Shown piece by piece: positions 1-7,521 of a stretch of DNA of 31,537 nt. The position numbers and the translations under genes were made by a program. The notes beneath the pieces were generated by a model that saw only the letters and a program-made list of their open reading frames with translations, made no database searches and had not been told where the DNA came from. The first letter of the stretch is position 1; each line of letters opens with the position of its first letter. Origin of the DNA: Microgenomates group bacterium (lineage in GTDB: Bacteria > Patescibacteriota > Microgenomatia > PFEM01 > JBNASD01); contig JBNAVS010000001.1 in NCBI GenBank assembly GCA_049700235.1, positions 1-31,537 of the forward strand, written 5' to 3'.

Positions 1-84
1 GGTAAAATAAGTCGTTTACCCGAAAGGGAAGAAATTGATATTGATGTTAATGAAGATTTAATTGTCGAATTTTACTCTAAGTAA
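1..84 (+). CDS. rpsD: 30S ribosomal protein S4, C-terminal fragment (cut by window edge)
   Basis: Frame 1 reads GKISRLPEREEIDIDVNEDLIVEFYSK*, matching the S4 C-terminus (LIVEFYSK); sits directly upstream of rpoA. Confidence 0.92.
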   Translation, partial: GKISRLPEREEIDIDVNEDLIVEFYSK

Positions 85-97
85 TAAAAGGAGGTAT

Positions 98-1021
98 ATG
101 TTGGAGGTAAATTTTCAAATCAAAAAAATTAAGCAAGCAAAAAATTTTGCCCAATTTAGTTTAGAGCCTTTACCTCAAGGTTATGGTCATACTTTGGGAA
201 ATGCCTTGCGCCGGGTGCTTTTAACTTCTTTACCAGGGACAGCTATTACCCAGGTGAAAATTTCTGGGGTGAGACATAGGTTCTCGACGGTGGCGGGAAT
301 GAAAGAGGATGTGATGGAGCTTCTTTTAAATCTCAAACAGATAAGAATTAAATACGAAGGAGAAAAACCAGTTAAGTTGGAGCTTGAGAAAACTGGGCCG
401 GGTCAAGTTAAAGCTGGTGATGTCCAAACGCCAGCAGGGGTGGAAATTGTTAATAAAGATTTAATTTTAGCCAATCTTGCCGATAAAAAAAGTAAATTAA
501 AAATGGAGTTGATTGCCCAGCGGGGTTTTGGTTATCTTCCTCTTGAAGAAAGAAAGAGTGAAAAAATAGGAGTAATTCTTCTGGATGCAATCTTTAGTCC
601 CGTAATAAGAGTTAATTATAAGGTAGAAGCAACTCGGGTTGGCAGACAAACCGATTTAGATAGGTTGATTTTGGAAATTACTACTGATGGAACAATGGAT
701 CCCCAACAGGCATTAAAAGAAGCAGCAAAAATTTTAATCTCTTTTTTGAGCCGAGTGGTAAAGCCAGTAAAGATGGTGGTTGAAGAGAAAAGAAAGCCAA
801 TCTCTTCTCCCCAAGATTTTAGATTAACAGTCGAAGAGCTTGAATTACCAACAAGAATTGCCAATGCTTTGCGTCGGGGGGGATACGAGACGGTGGGTGA
901 TTTGACAAGAGCAAATAAGGCTGATTTGGCTTCGGTAAAAAATTTAGGAGAGAAATCTTTAAAGATTATTCGCTCAGTTTTGGAGAAAAGGGGAATTGTT
1001 CCTTCGTGGGGAGAGAAATGA
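98..1021 (+). CDS. rpoA: RNA polymerase subunit alpha
   Basis: Motifs LEPLPQGYGHTLGNALRRVLL, DAIFSPV..VNYKVEATRVG and alpha-CTD NLGEKSL. ATG at 98 follows AGGAGG and is preferred over the ORF-track start at 62. Confidence 0.98.
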   Translation: MLEVNFQIKKIKQAKNFAQFSLEPLPQGYGHTLGNALRRVLLTSLPGTAITQVKISGVRHRFSTVAGMKEDVMELLLNLKQIRIKYEGEKPVKLELEKTGPGQVKAGDVQTPAGVEIVNKDLILANLADKKSKLKMELIAQRGFGYLPLEERKSEKIGVILLDAIFSPVIRVNYKVEATRVGRQTDLDRLILEITTDGTMDPQQALKEAAKILISFLSRVVKPVKMVVEEKRKPISSPQDFRLTVEELELPTRIANALRRGGYETVGDLTRANKADLASVKNLGEKSLKIIRSVLEKRGIVPSWGEK

Positions 1022-1413
1022 GGCATCGAGTTTCCGGAAAAAAACTTTCTTTAGATCGGAGTAAACGAAAGGCGCTGTTTAAAAGTTTAATCAATTCTTT
1101 GGTTATCCACGGTCAGATAAAGACAACTGAAGCTAAGGCAAAAGCAGTCCGCCGTCTGGTAGATAAGTTGATTACTAAAGGAAAACAGCAAACTCTTCAC
1201 GCCCGGAGATTGATTGCCGCCTTTTTACAGAATAAAAATGCTGTTAATAAAATTGTGGACGAGCTTGCCCCTTTATTTAAAAACAGACCTGGGGGGTTTA
1301 CCCGGATTGTCCGTTTGAAAGAACGCCAGGGTGATAATGCCCCTATGGTGAGATTAGAATTAGTGGAAAAGCCGGAGAAAAAGAATGAGAACAAAGTCAA
1401 CAAAAAAAAGTGA
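1018..1413 (+). CDS. rplQ: 50S ribosomal protein L17
   Basis: MRHRVSGKKLS...IKTTEAKAK...RPGGFTRIVRL..RQGDNAPM; ATGA overlap with the rpoA stop. Confidence 0.97.
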   Translation: MRHRVSGKKLSLDRSKRKALFKSLINSLVIHGQIKTTEAKAKAVRRLVDKLITKGKQQTLHARRLIAAFLQNKNAVNKIVDELAPLFKNRPGGFTRIVRLKERQGDNAPMVRLELVEKPEKKNENKVNKKK

Positions 1414-1813
1414 GATAAAACGAACTTGGCATTTGGTTGATGCCAAAGATAAGATCTTAGGACGTTTAGCAACGCAAGTTGCTAATTTACTTATGGGAAA
1501 AAATAAACCTTATTTTGTCCCTCATTTGGATTGTGGAGATTATGTGGTGGTGATCAATGCCTCTCAAGTTAAAGTATCTGGAAAAAAAGCAAAAGAAAAG
1601 AAGTATTATCGTCATTCTGGTTATCCTGGGGGTTTTAAAGAAATAACCTTTAGCCAACAAATGGCAAAAGACCCAAGAAAAATAATTTGGCATGCCGTTG
1701 CTGGGATGTTGCCAAAAAATAAATTGCGCGATAAGAGATTGACGAGATTAAAGATATTTGTTGATGAAAATCATCCGTATCAAGATAAATTAAAAATGAA
1801 AAATGAAAAATGA
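1385..1813 (+). CDS. rplM: 50S ribosomal protein L13
   Basis: WHLVDAKDKILGRLA...PHLDCGDYVVVINA...YRHSGYPGG...GMLPKN. The last codons (KMKNEK) come from an AAAAATG tandem array. Confidence 0.98.
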   Translation: MRTKSTKKSEIKRTWHLVDAKDKILGRLATQVANLLMGKNKPYFVPHLDCGDYVVVINASQVKVSGKKAKEKKYYRHSGYPGGFKEITFSQQMAKDPRKIIWHAVAGMLPKNKLRDKRLTRLKIFVDENHPYQDKLKMKNEK

Positions 1814-1819
1814 AAAACG
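1792..1819 (+). repeat. Heptamer array (AAAAATG)x3 + AAAAACG at the rplM/rpsI junction
   Basis: Read directly from the sequence; supplies the rplM stop and extra ATGs. Confidence 0.9.
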
Positions 1820-1829
1820 ACAATTAAAA

Positions 1830-2234
1830 ATGGTAAAATCGCAAAAATATATTTCTGCTGTTGGGAGAAGAAAGACGGCGGTGGCGCGCGTAAGACTTTT
1901 TAAAGGCAAAGGGGAGATTTTAGTAAATGGCAAACCTATTGCTGAGTATTTTCCGGGAGAAGTGGCAAAAGTTGCCTATCTTAAGCCATTTTCGGTTACT
2001 AATACTATTGGAAAATATTATGCAACGATAAAAGTTGAAGGTTCGGGGAAGAGTGGCCAGTTAGGAGCGGTTGTTCTTGGGTTGGCTCGGGCTTTGGATA
2101 AAGAAAATCGTGAACTTTATCATTCTCCTTTAAAAAAAGCCCATCTTTTAACCCGCGATGCCCGGGCTAAAGAACGCCGCAAGCCTGGCCAAATGGACAA
2201 AGCGAGGAAGAAAAAACAAAGCCCAAAAAGGTAA
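1830..2234 (+). CDS. rpsI: 30S ribosomal protein S9
   Basis: AVGRRKTAVARVRL...GSGKSGQLGA...LLTRDARAKERRKPG...QSPKR. Start at 1830 is preferred; the in-frame ATG at 1803 lies within the heptamer array. Confidence 0.97.
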   Translation: MVKSQKYISAVGRRKTAVARVRLFKGKGEILVNGKPIAEYFPGEVAKVAYLKPFSVTNTIGKYYATIKVEGSGKSGQLGAVVLGLARALDKENRELYHSPLKKAHLLTRDARAKERRKPGQMDKARKKKQSPKR

Positions 2235-2283
2235 AAACTACTTCGAGATTTACGAAAAAGTTAGAACCGAATTCCGCAAAGGT

Positions 2284-2385
2284 TAGCCCCGCCTACGCTT
2301 TCAGCTTCGGCCGGCAAGTCGGCCGCTTCGCAACCTCGCTTCCGTTATTTTTTGCGCGCGCGATTTTGGCTTGCTTCGCAAGCAA
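2284..2385. repeat. GC-rich palindromic cluster (REP-like element and possible terminator) between convergent genes
   Basis: Contains CCCGCCTACGCTTTCAGCTTCGGCCGGCAAG, the stem CGGCCG-GCAAGT-CGGCCG, and the hairpin GCTTGC-TTC-GCAAGC just before the convergent stop at 2386. Confidence 0.5.
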
Positions 2386-2727
2386 TTAAATATTTACTTT
2401 TGCAAGTATTTTCTTCCCGAATACGTAACCAATTACGCCTTGAATTAGGTTAAAAACAAGATTGCTTAAACTAAAGCCCATTAGTTCGCTTCCCTTGTCC
2501 GTTCCGAGAAAATTAGCAACTTCAGTATTCCCAATTCTTAAATCGACTAAGTTGAGTAATGGTGTTATCAATAAACTTTGCACAAGTAAAAGTACGACAA
2601 CAATGATAATCGCCTTAAGAGCGTCGTATTGATCCTTAGCTTTTCTGCTGAGAACTAAAGCAAAAGTACCAAAAATTGCCGATTCAACAATCAAGTAACA
2701 AACTAATCCAATTATTGCTCCTATCAT
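2386..2727 (-). CDS. Hypothetical small membrane protein (about 3 TM segments)
   Basis: 113-aa hydrophobic ORF with AGGAGG upstream of the ATG and its own sigma70-like promoter. Confidence 0.8.
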   Translation of the reverse strand: MIGAIIGLVCYLIVESAIFGTFALVLSRKAKDQYDALKAIIIVVVLLLVQSLLITPLLNLVDLRIGNTEVANFLGTDKGSELMGFSLSNLVFNLIQGVIGYVFGKKILAKVNI

Positions 2728-2778
2728 TTTTTAACGCCTCCTTTCATTAAATTAACAAGTAATCAAACTCTTTGAACA

Positions 2779-2807
2779 ATTATACATAAAAGCCATTGTT
2801 TTTACAA
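2779..2807 (-). promoter_or_regulatory. Sigma70-like promoter of the 2386-2727 gene
   Basis: TTGTAA-17 nt-TATAAT with TG before the -10 on the minus strand. Confidence 0.7.
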
Positions 2808-2811
2808 ATAT

Positions 2812-2948
2812 GTATAAGTTACATACATTTGGGACAAATTGGTTTTTTCAATTAAGACTAAAAAGTCTTGTTGGGACTCCTACCTTGCCGTGTGCTAAAA
2901 TACTCATTGAGACTTACCAGAATCCCAAATGTTTCGTAACTTATTCAG
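2812..2948. repeat. Hairpin-forming repeat element, copy E1
   Basis: Arms ATAAGTTAC-AT-ACATTTGGG (2814-2833) and CCCAAATGT-TTC-GTAACTTAT (2924-2944). The first 45 nt are identical to 4479-4523. Confidence 0.9.
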
Positions 2949-3061
2949 GGCTATGTCCAGGCTTCGCATAATAACTTAAAGTCACAAAAATGCACATATT
3001 GCTTGGGGGCTGAAGACGCTCTATAATTGTTAAACGAGCCCTAACTTTTTTTGATGATATT

Positions 3062-3172
3062 ATGGAAGAAGAAAGGATCAAAATCCTTGACAAAAACTTT
3101 TCTTGGGAAAAGGCGAAGAAAAAGATTTTTGAGGAAGTTAAAAAATATCAATTGGCGACAATAAGAATGTAG
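3062..3172 (+). other. 36-codon ORF, possible gene remnant or spurious
   Basis: MEEERIKILDKNFSWEKAKKKIFEEVKKYQLATIRM*; protein-like composition, but no recognisable family and no SD. Confidence 0.25.
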
Positions 3173-3187
3173 ATTTACTCTCCCTGG

Positions 3188-3204
3188 CCTGAGCTTGCCG
3201 AAGG
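3188..3204. repeat. Short REP-like mini-element
   Basis: CCTGAGCTTGCCGAAGG resembles a short palindromic intergenic repeat (CCTGAGCTTGTCGAAGG type) recalled from other genomes; single copy in this window. Confidence 0.35.
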
Positions 3205-3234
3205 TAAAAACTTAAAAGTCGAGAGCATGAGGTT

Positions 3235-3649
3235 AAAAGCGGACAATTCCTCTTTCGAAAGAAAGTAGAAAGCCCACCTTCCGTAAAGGCAATTCTCGCT
3301 TTTGTTGGTAAACTACTACTCATCAACCAACAAATGCTTTGGTCACAACGAAAATCTTCCATTTCTGGAAGGAAGATTTATTAAAAAGCGAGCTAGTGTA
3401 AGTTTTCCAGTTGGCAATTGGGCCAGGTGTGGACCCCACTTATCCGCCAATGGCGATGCTATTGGTTTTCCCCAACTTCCACGAAAATAACCTTTCACTT
3501 TTTTTGTTTAAAGGTTACTTCAAAAAAGTCAAAAACATCAGCTCGACCCAAAAGCGGAGGAACCTCTTCTATTAGCGCCCAGGCAACAAGTATCGAAGAG
3601 TTTCCTCTTTGGGGACTTTAGCTAAAGAGACCTCTATAAGGGCCGGTCT
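3235..3649 (+). ncRNA. Candidate large structured non-coding RNA of unknown class
   Basis: About ten stems in 415 nt, including perfect 8-9 bp stems (3302-3309/3326-3333, 3352-3360/3371-3379, 3488-3495/3510-3517), a 12-of-13 bp stem extended by 6 bp (3547-3613) and a GAAA tetraloop on CTTTC/GAAAG (3252-3265). No convincing ORF. Strand inferred from GNRA loops and G-U pairs. Confidence 0.5.
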
Positions 3650-3733
3650 TAAGTTTTAAAAAATATTCATAATTAGGAGAGAGCTTTACTTTTTTCATTC
3701 TAAGAATATTTAGAACACAACAAAGCGTAGCCT

Positions 3734-4435
3734 TCAAGCCTGTCTACTCACTTCTGCTGGTTTTTCTTCTTTTGGTGGAGCTTTAGCTTCTGCTTTTTCC
3801 TCTTCTGGCACCTCTTCAGTCGGGGCTTCTTCTGTTGGAGGCGGAGCAACTTCCTCTTTTGCTGGAGGCTCGATTTTAACTAAAATCTGTCCTGGAGAAG
3901 TTAAAATTTTAACTCCCGCCGGTGGTTTCAAATCTCCTACCGTTATCGCCTGGTCGACTTCTTTTAACCCGGAAATATCAACCGTAAATTGACCAGGTAA
4001 ATCAGTAGGTAAGGCCTCAACTTCGACCTCGGTTAGAGGCTGAATCAAAACCCCAATTTTTTGCTCGACTGCCGGGGAGCGACCAACAATCTCTACCGGA
4101 ATGTTGGCGGTGATTTTCTCTTCCAAACTCACTTGGTGGAAGTCAACATGTAAAGGTTGATCAGAAACAGGATCAAACTGGACATTGTGAATTAAGGTTG
4201 GTCGAATTTTATTCTCGCCATCTACTTTTAACTCAACAATTCCCGTCTCCCCTACTTTCTGATAAACCGGCAAAAAATTTTTCAAAGGAACCTGAACGGC
4301 TAAAGACTTAACTTTATTTCCATAAATGTTCGCCGGCAAAATTCCCTTGCTCCGTAATTTTTTGACCTTTCGGCCAAAAACTTGCCTTTTTTCTACTTTA
4401 AGGCTGATTTTTTCTTTTTTGGTTTTCTTCGCCAT
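3734..4435 (-). CDS. rplY: 50S ribosomal protein L25 / Ctc (long form)
   Basis: GRKVKKLRSKGILPANIYG...LIHNVQFDPVSDQPLHVDF...EVEVEALPTDLP, with an acidic low-complexity tail. Confidence 0.96.
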   Translation of the reverse strand: MAKKTKKEKISLKVEKRQVFGRKVKKLRSKGILPANIYGNKVKSLAVQVPLKNFLPVYQKVGETGIVELKVDGENKIRPTLIHNVQFDPVSDQPLHVDFHQVSLEEKITANIPVEIVGRSPAVEQKIGVLIQPLTEVEVEALPTDLPGQFTVDISGLKEVDQAITVGDLKPPAGVKILTSPGQILVKIEPPAKEEVAPPPTEEAPTEEVPEEEKAEAKAPPKEEKPAEVSRQA

Positions 4436-4444
4436 AATGAAAAC

Positions 4445-4473
4445 ATTTTAAGTCCAAAATCCCAAATTGTCAA
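4445..4473 (-). promoter_or_regulatory. rplY promoter, leaderless or near-leaderless
   Basis: TTGACA-17 nt-TAAAAT, then only 9 nt to the ATG and no SD. Confidence 0.8.
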
Positions 4474-4478
4474 CAGTA

Positions 4479-4568
4479 GTATAAGTTACATACATTTGGG
4501 ACAAATTGGTTTTTTCAATTAAGTAATCCATTGGGCTTTTTAAACCCAATGTTTCGTAACTTATTCAG
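4479..4568. repeat. Hairpin-forming repeat element, copy E2
   Basis: Same 45-nt left part and same TGTTTCGTAACTTATTCAG right end as E1, with a shorter, different centre. Lies 5 nt past the stop of the 4574-7021 gene. Confidence 0.9.
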
Positions 4569-4573
4569 TCAAC

Positions 4574-7021
4574 CTACTCGCCGACAAAATACATCTCAAA
4601 AGGTAAATCAGAAGAAAAATTGGGATTAAAAAGATAGGAGTTATCTTGAAAAGTTGCCGGCGGCCAAGCAGGAATAATGACTGTTCCTGGCGGAGGAGAA
4701 ATTTTTAAGCTAAATTTCTCTTGCTTTGTCCCCGATTGCTTTTGAACAAGATACAAATATTGAGTTTTGCGTCCTCTGGGGATTTTTTCCGGAAGTAACC
4801 AAGAAATCTCTACTTTCCTTTCCTCGCCAACAGGAATATTTATTAAAAATCCAAAAGAAGTTTTACCGGCAGTTTCTTTAATATCGATTTTTTCTTTTCC
4901 CACCTCCTCTTTACCAATTAAAATTCTTTCCAACTCGCTACCCTTAGGAACCAAAATCCGTAAATAATTTTTGTAATCACCGGCAGGAAAATGAGCTGAG
5001 GGACTGGTGTTTCGATAAAAAATCTTTAAAACTTTTTCAATTCGGCCATCTTCGCCTATCTGGATTTCCTGATTTATCTCTCTTTCAACAAAATAATTTG
5101 CCTTATTCACCCCAACATTTGCCTCAATAATTGCAAGATAATCAGCCAAACATTCGGAGTCTGAAATTTGGCATTTGACATTTCTCACTGCTCCATCCCA
5201 ACCCAAATCAAAAATCTTCTCCATCGCCGAAGAATCGTTTAGATAAACAAGAATGTCTTTTGATTTTAAAGACTCATAAAGGGCTTTGGCGATTTCCCCT
5301 TGGGTCTTTCCTTTAGCATTTTTTATTTTTTCAAACAAGATTCTGGCAGTCGCTCCTAAAAAATCTTGCTTTTGGGTTGAACCAGGAAAAAAACCGATTT
5401 CCGAATAGTACTGGGCTCTTTCAAAAAAATTATTGGCGTTAATTTTTTCCTTATAATCAGGAAGTTCAATTTCGCCAACCGCCCTAAGCAATCTTTGGGC
5501 AACAAAAAGATTAATTCCCACTACCCCATCAACTACCCGACCAGTTTCTTTTTCTAAAAACCATTGGGCCTTTACTGCCGAGGTAGGAAAATCCGGGTCC
5601 CAGTTTGAGTCGCGCAAATACCAATTTGCCTCACCCAAATATTTTTTTAATTCCAACGGCGGCTCAACATGACCTTTAAGCTGACCGTCGGCCCAATAGA
5701 CATCCTGAACTTCAAAATCCACTAATTTCCCTTGGTTAAAAGTCAATATAGCAAAAGAACCGATGAAACCCCCGGTCGGCCGGAGTTCATTATTGTTTTG
5801 TAAAAGAACCAAATAAGTCCGTTTTTGGTCTTGACCAATCAACCAAGGCAATATCTCAATCACCTTCTTTGCTTGAATTATTAGGTTTTTTATCTTAGGA
5901 ATTTTTTGATTTAATTCATTCAACTGGTCTTTAAACCAAAAAAAATTAGCAGTTTGATTAATTAAACTGGGATTTTTCAGCTCTCCTTCAATTAAAGAAA
6001 GATAGAAATAAGACTGGTCCAACCCGATTTTAATTTCGGAAATTAATTTTTGGACATCGCCACCGGTATTTTGAAAAATATAACCAGATAAGGCAGCGGC
6101 ACTATCTGCTGCCAAACTCGCCTGGGCCAACCCCCGGGCTAATTCTCCTCCCAAACGAAAGGGCTTCCCCATTTTTTCTGCTTTCCTAAAAAATATTTCT
6201 GCCTTTTTTGCTCCAACAGCAGCTTTTTTAAAATCCCCTGATAGGAAAAACTTTTGGGCTTGTTTAAAATATCTTATCCCCAAAAATCCATTTAATCCTC
6301 CCCAAAAAAAGGGCGTCAAAATAATAAATAAAAAAATAATAGGGAGAAAAATTAAAAGCTTAAAATTACGCCTTTTTGCGGTAATTGAATATTTTTTAGT
6401 TTGGGAAGTTTTTGAGATCTGCTGAATCCCCTTTTCAAAACTAACTTGGGGCTTCCATTTTAATTTTTCTTCCCCTTCAGAAGTCAAATAAAAAATCTTT
6501 CCCGCTGTTCCTGGAGCAAACATTGCCTTGATTATTCCGAAAATAGCATCGGTGATGAACAAGGATTTTGGTTCAGGAATCTTTCCAACAGGCATTCTTG
6601 GCCCATAAACATCAACAAGATTAACTATCCTGACATCACCTTTTAAAAAATTTTCCTTAAAAATTTCCGGCCGAAAATTCCCAGAGGAAACAATTAAAAA
6701 CCTAGCCCTGGTTTTAGACGCTAATTGCCAAAGGTTTTGGCTGACAGCTTCCAAACCAACTAAATCAAATATATAGGATAATCCTTCGCCCTTTAATTCC
6801 GCAGGTAGAGGTTTTGTTAAATCATATTCAAGAAAAGTAAAATTCGGGTTTCCTAAACATTTTTTAAGATTTTCTTTATTGCCTTTTGATAAATTATCAA
6901 CGCAAATAACCCGACAATCCTGGAGTAAAAGAGCCTCGCACAAAAAGGAGCCAATAAAACCAGCTCCACCAGCAACTAGAGCAATTGGTTTTGTCGTCGT
7001 AATTTTTTGGGCAGTAATCAC
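4574..7021 (-). CDS. Degenerate NAD-dependent epimerase (SDR) domain fused via a TM helix to a DUF4012-like extracellular domain
   Basis: N-terminal ALVAGGAGFIGSFLCEALL...VICVDNLSKG and DVYGPRM; TM segment LLIFLPIIFLFIILTPFFW; DUF4012-type YLVLLQNNNELRPTGGFIGSFA, LRDSNWDPDFP and NVGVNKANYFV. Confidence 0.85.
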   Translation of the reverse strand: MITAQKITTTKPIALVAGGAGFIGSFLCEALLLQDCRVICVDNLSKGNKENLKKCLGNPNFTFLEYDLTKPLPAELKGEGLSYIFDLVGLEAVSQNLWQLASKTRARFLIVSSGNFRPEIFKENFLKGDVRIVNLVDVYGPRMPVGKIPEPKSLFITDAIFGIIKAMFAPGTAGKIFYLTSEGEEKLKWKPQVSFEKGIQQISKTSQTKKYSITAKRRNFKLLIFLPIIFLFIILTPFFWGGLNGFLGIRYFKQAQKFFLSGDFKKAAVGAKKAEIFFRKAEKMGKPFRLGGELARGLAQASLAADSAAALSGYIFQNTGGDVQKLISEIKIGLDQSYFYLSLIEGELKNPSLINQTANFFWFKDQLNELNQKIPKIKNLIIQAKKVIEILPWLIGQDQKRTYLVLLQNNNELRPTGGFIGSFAILTFNQGKLVDFEVQDVYWADGQLKGHVEPPLELKKYLGEANWYLRDSNWDPDFPTSAVKAQWFLEKETGRVVDGVVGINLFVAQRLLRAVGEIELPDYKEKINANNFFERAQYYSEIGFFPGSTQKQDFLGATARILFEKIKNAKGKTQGEIAKALYESLKSKDILVYLNDSSAMEKIFDLGWDGAVRNVKCQISDSECLADYLAIIEANVGVNKANYFVEREINQEIQIGEDGRIEKVLKIFYRNTSPSAHFPAGDYKNYLRILVPKGSELERILIGKEEVGKEKIDIKETAGKTSFGFLINIPVGEERKVEISWLLPEKIPRGRKTQYLYLVQKQSGTKQEKFSLKISPPPGTVIIPAWPPATFQDNSYLFNPNFSSDLPFEMYFVGE

Positions 7022-7068
7022 AAACCTATCTTAATTTAAAGGCGCTATTTTTTCAAGGAAAAATTTTT

Positions 7069-7521
7069 TTAATTAGACCTAAATCGAAAAATTATGGGGT
7101 CATTTTGGGCGCCTTGGGCGAGGACAGTCCGGACAAGAAAATCAGCTTTTCGATTTTTCTCCCGGGGAATAAAATTATAAAAAACATTTCCACCGATTTC
7201 CTGTTCTAACTTTCTCACCTCAACAATTAAACTTCTTAAACTTTTGTTCTTTACTTTAAACAACCCATTCAGTTGATTGACTACCAATTTTGAATCGAGA
7301 AAGAAGTTAACCGAGTTAACCGAGTTAATCAAGTTATTTCTCAGCCATTTCAGCGCCTCTATTACCGCCCTGTATTCGGCAACATTGTTAGTTGTTTGCC
7401 CGATAAATTTCCCTTGTTCGACCAAAATTTTCCCCCGACTGGTTTTTACGATAAACGCCACCGCCGCCGGTCCGGGATTGCCCTTTGCTCCCCCATCAGT
7501 AAAAATATACAGGACATTCAT
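7069..7521 (-). CDS. rnhA: Ribonuclease HI
   Basis: IFTDGGAKGNPGPAA, TTNNVAEYRA, DSKLVVNQL and REKNRKAD carry the D-E-D-D acidic residues; SD (AAGGAG) upstream. Contains a 9-nt tandem array (LINSVNSVN). Confidence 0.93.
   Translation of the reverse strand: MNVLYIFTDGGAKGNPGPAAVAFIVKTSRGKILVEQGKFIGQTTNNVAEYRAVIEALKWLRNNLINSVNSVNFFLDSKLVVNQLNGLFKVKNKSLRSLIVEVRKLEQEIGGNVFYNFIPREKNRKADFLVRTVLAQGAQNDPIIFRFRSN
7305..7337. repeat. 9-mer array (AGTTAACCG)x2 plus degenerate units, inside rnhA
   Basis: Read directly from the sequence. Confidence 0.8.

Noticed and set aside
2243-2287. Peptide FEIYEKVRTEFRKG* after rpsI as the tail of a serine recombinase
   Set aside because: Only 14 codons and a vague resemblance; cannot be supported without a search.
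2812-2948. Canonical integron attC site
   Set aside because: Cores are GTTAC/GTAAC, not RYYYAAC/GTTRRRY, and no intI is in the window; kept only as an architectural analogy.
3004-3050. GGGGGCTGA start resembling the tmRNA 5' end, with a GGGCT/AGCCC stem and T-run
   Set aside because: No GGATTCGAC-like loop and no T-arm/CCA 3' end downstream; at most a weak terminator or attenuator.
3359-3380. CCATTTCTGGAAGGAAG resembles the SRP RNA domain IV core (CAGGTCCGGAAGGAAGCAG)
   Set aside because: The conserved CAGG and AGCAG internal-loop bases are missing, and the segment pairs better as a simple 9-bp stem; not called ffs.
3520-3610. Minus-strand GAGGAAAC and CTGATG suggesting RNase P RNA or a hammerhead core
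   Set aside because: No GAGGAAAGTCC or ACAGAA..CGGCTTA pair, and CTGATGT is not the CUGANGA core.
3138-3621. ORFs 3138-3362, 3302-3490 and 3418-3621
   Set aside because: Short, mutually overlapping, mostly non-ATG starts, no motifs; better explained as chance frames over a structured or decayed region.
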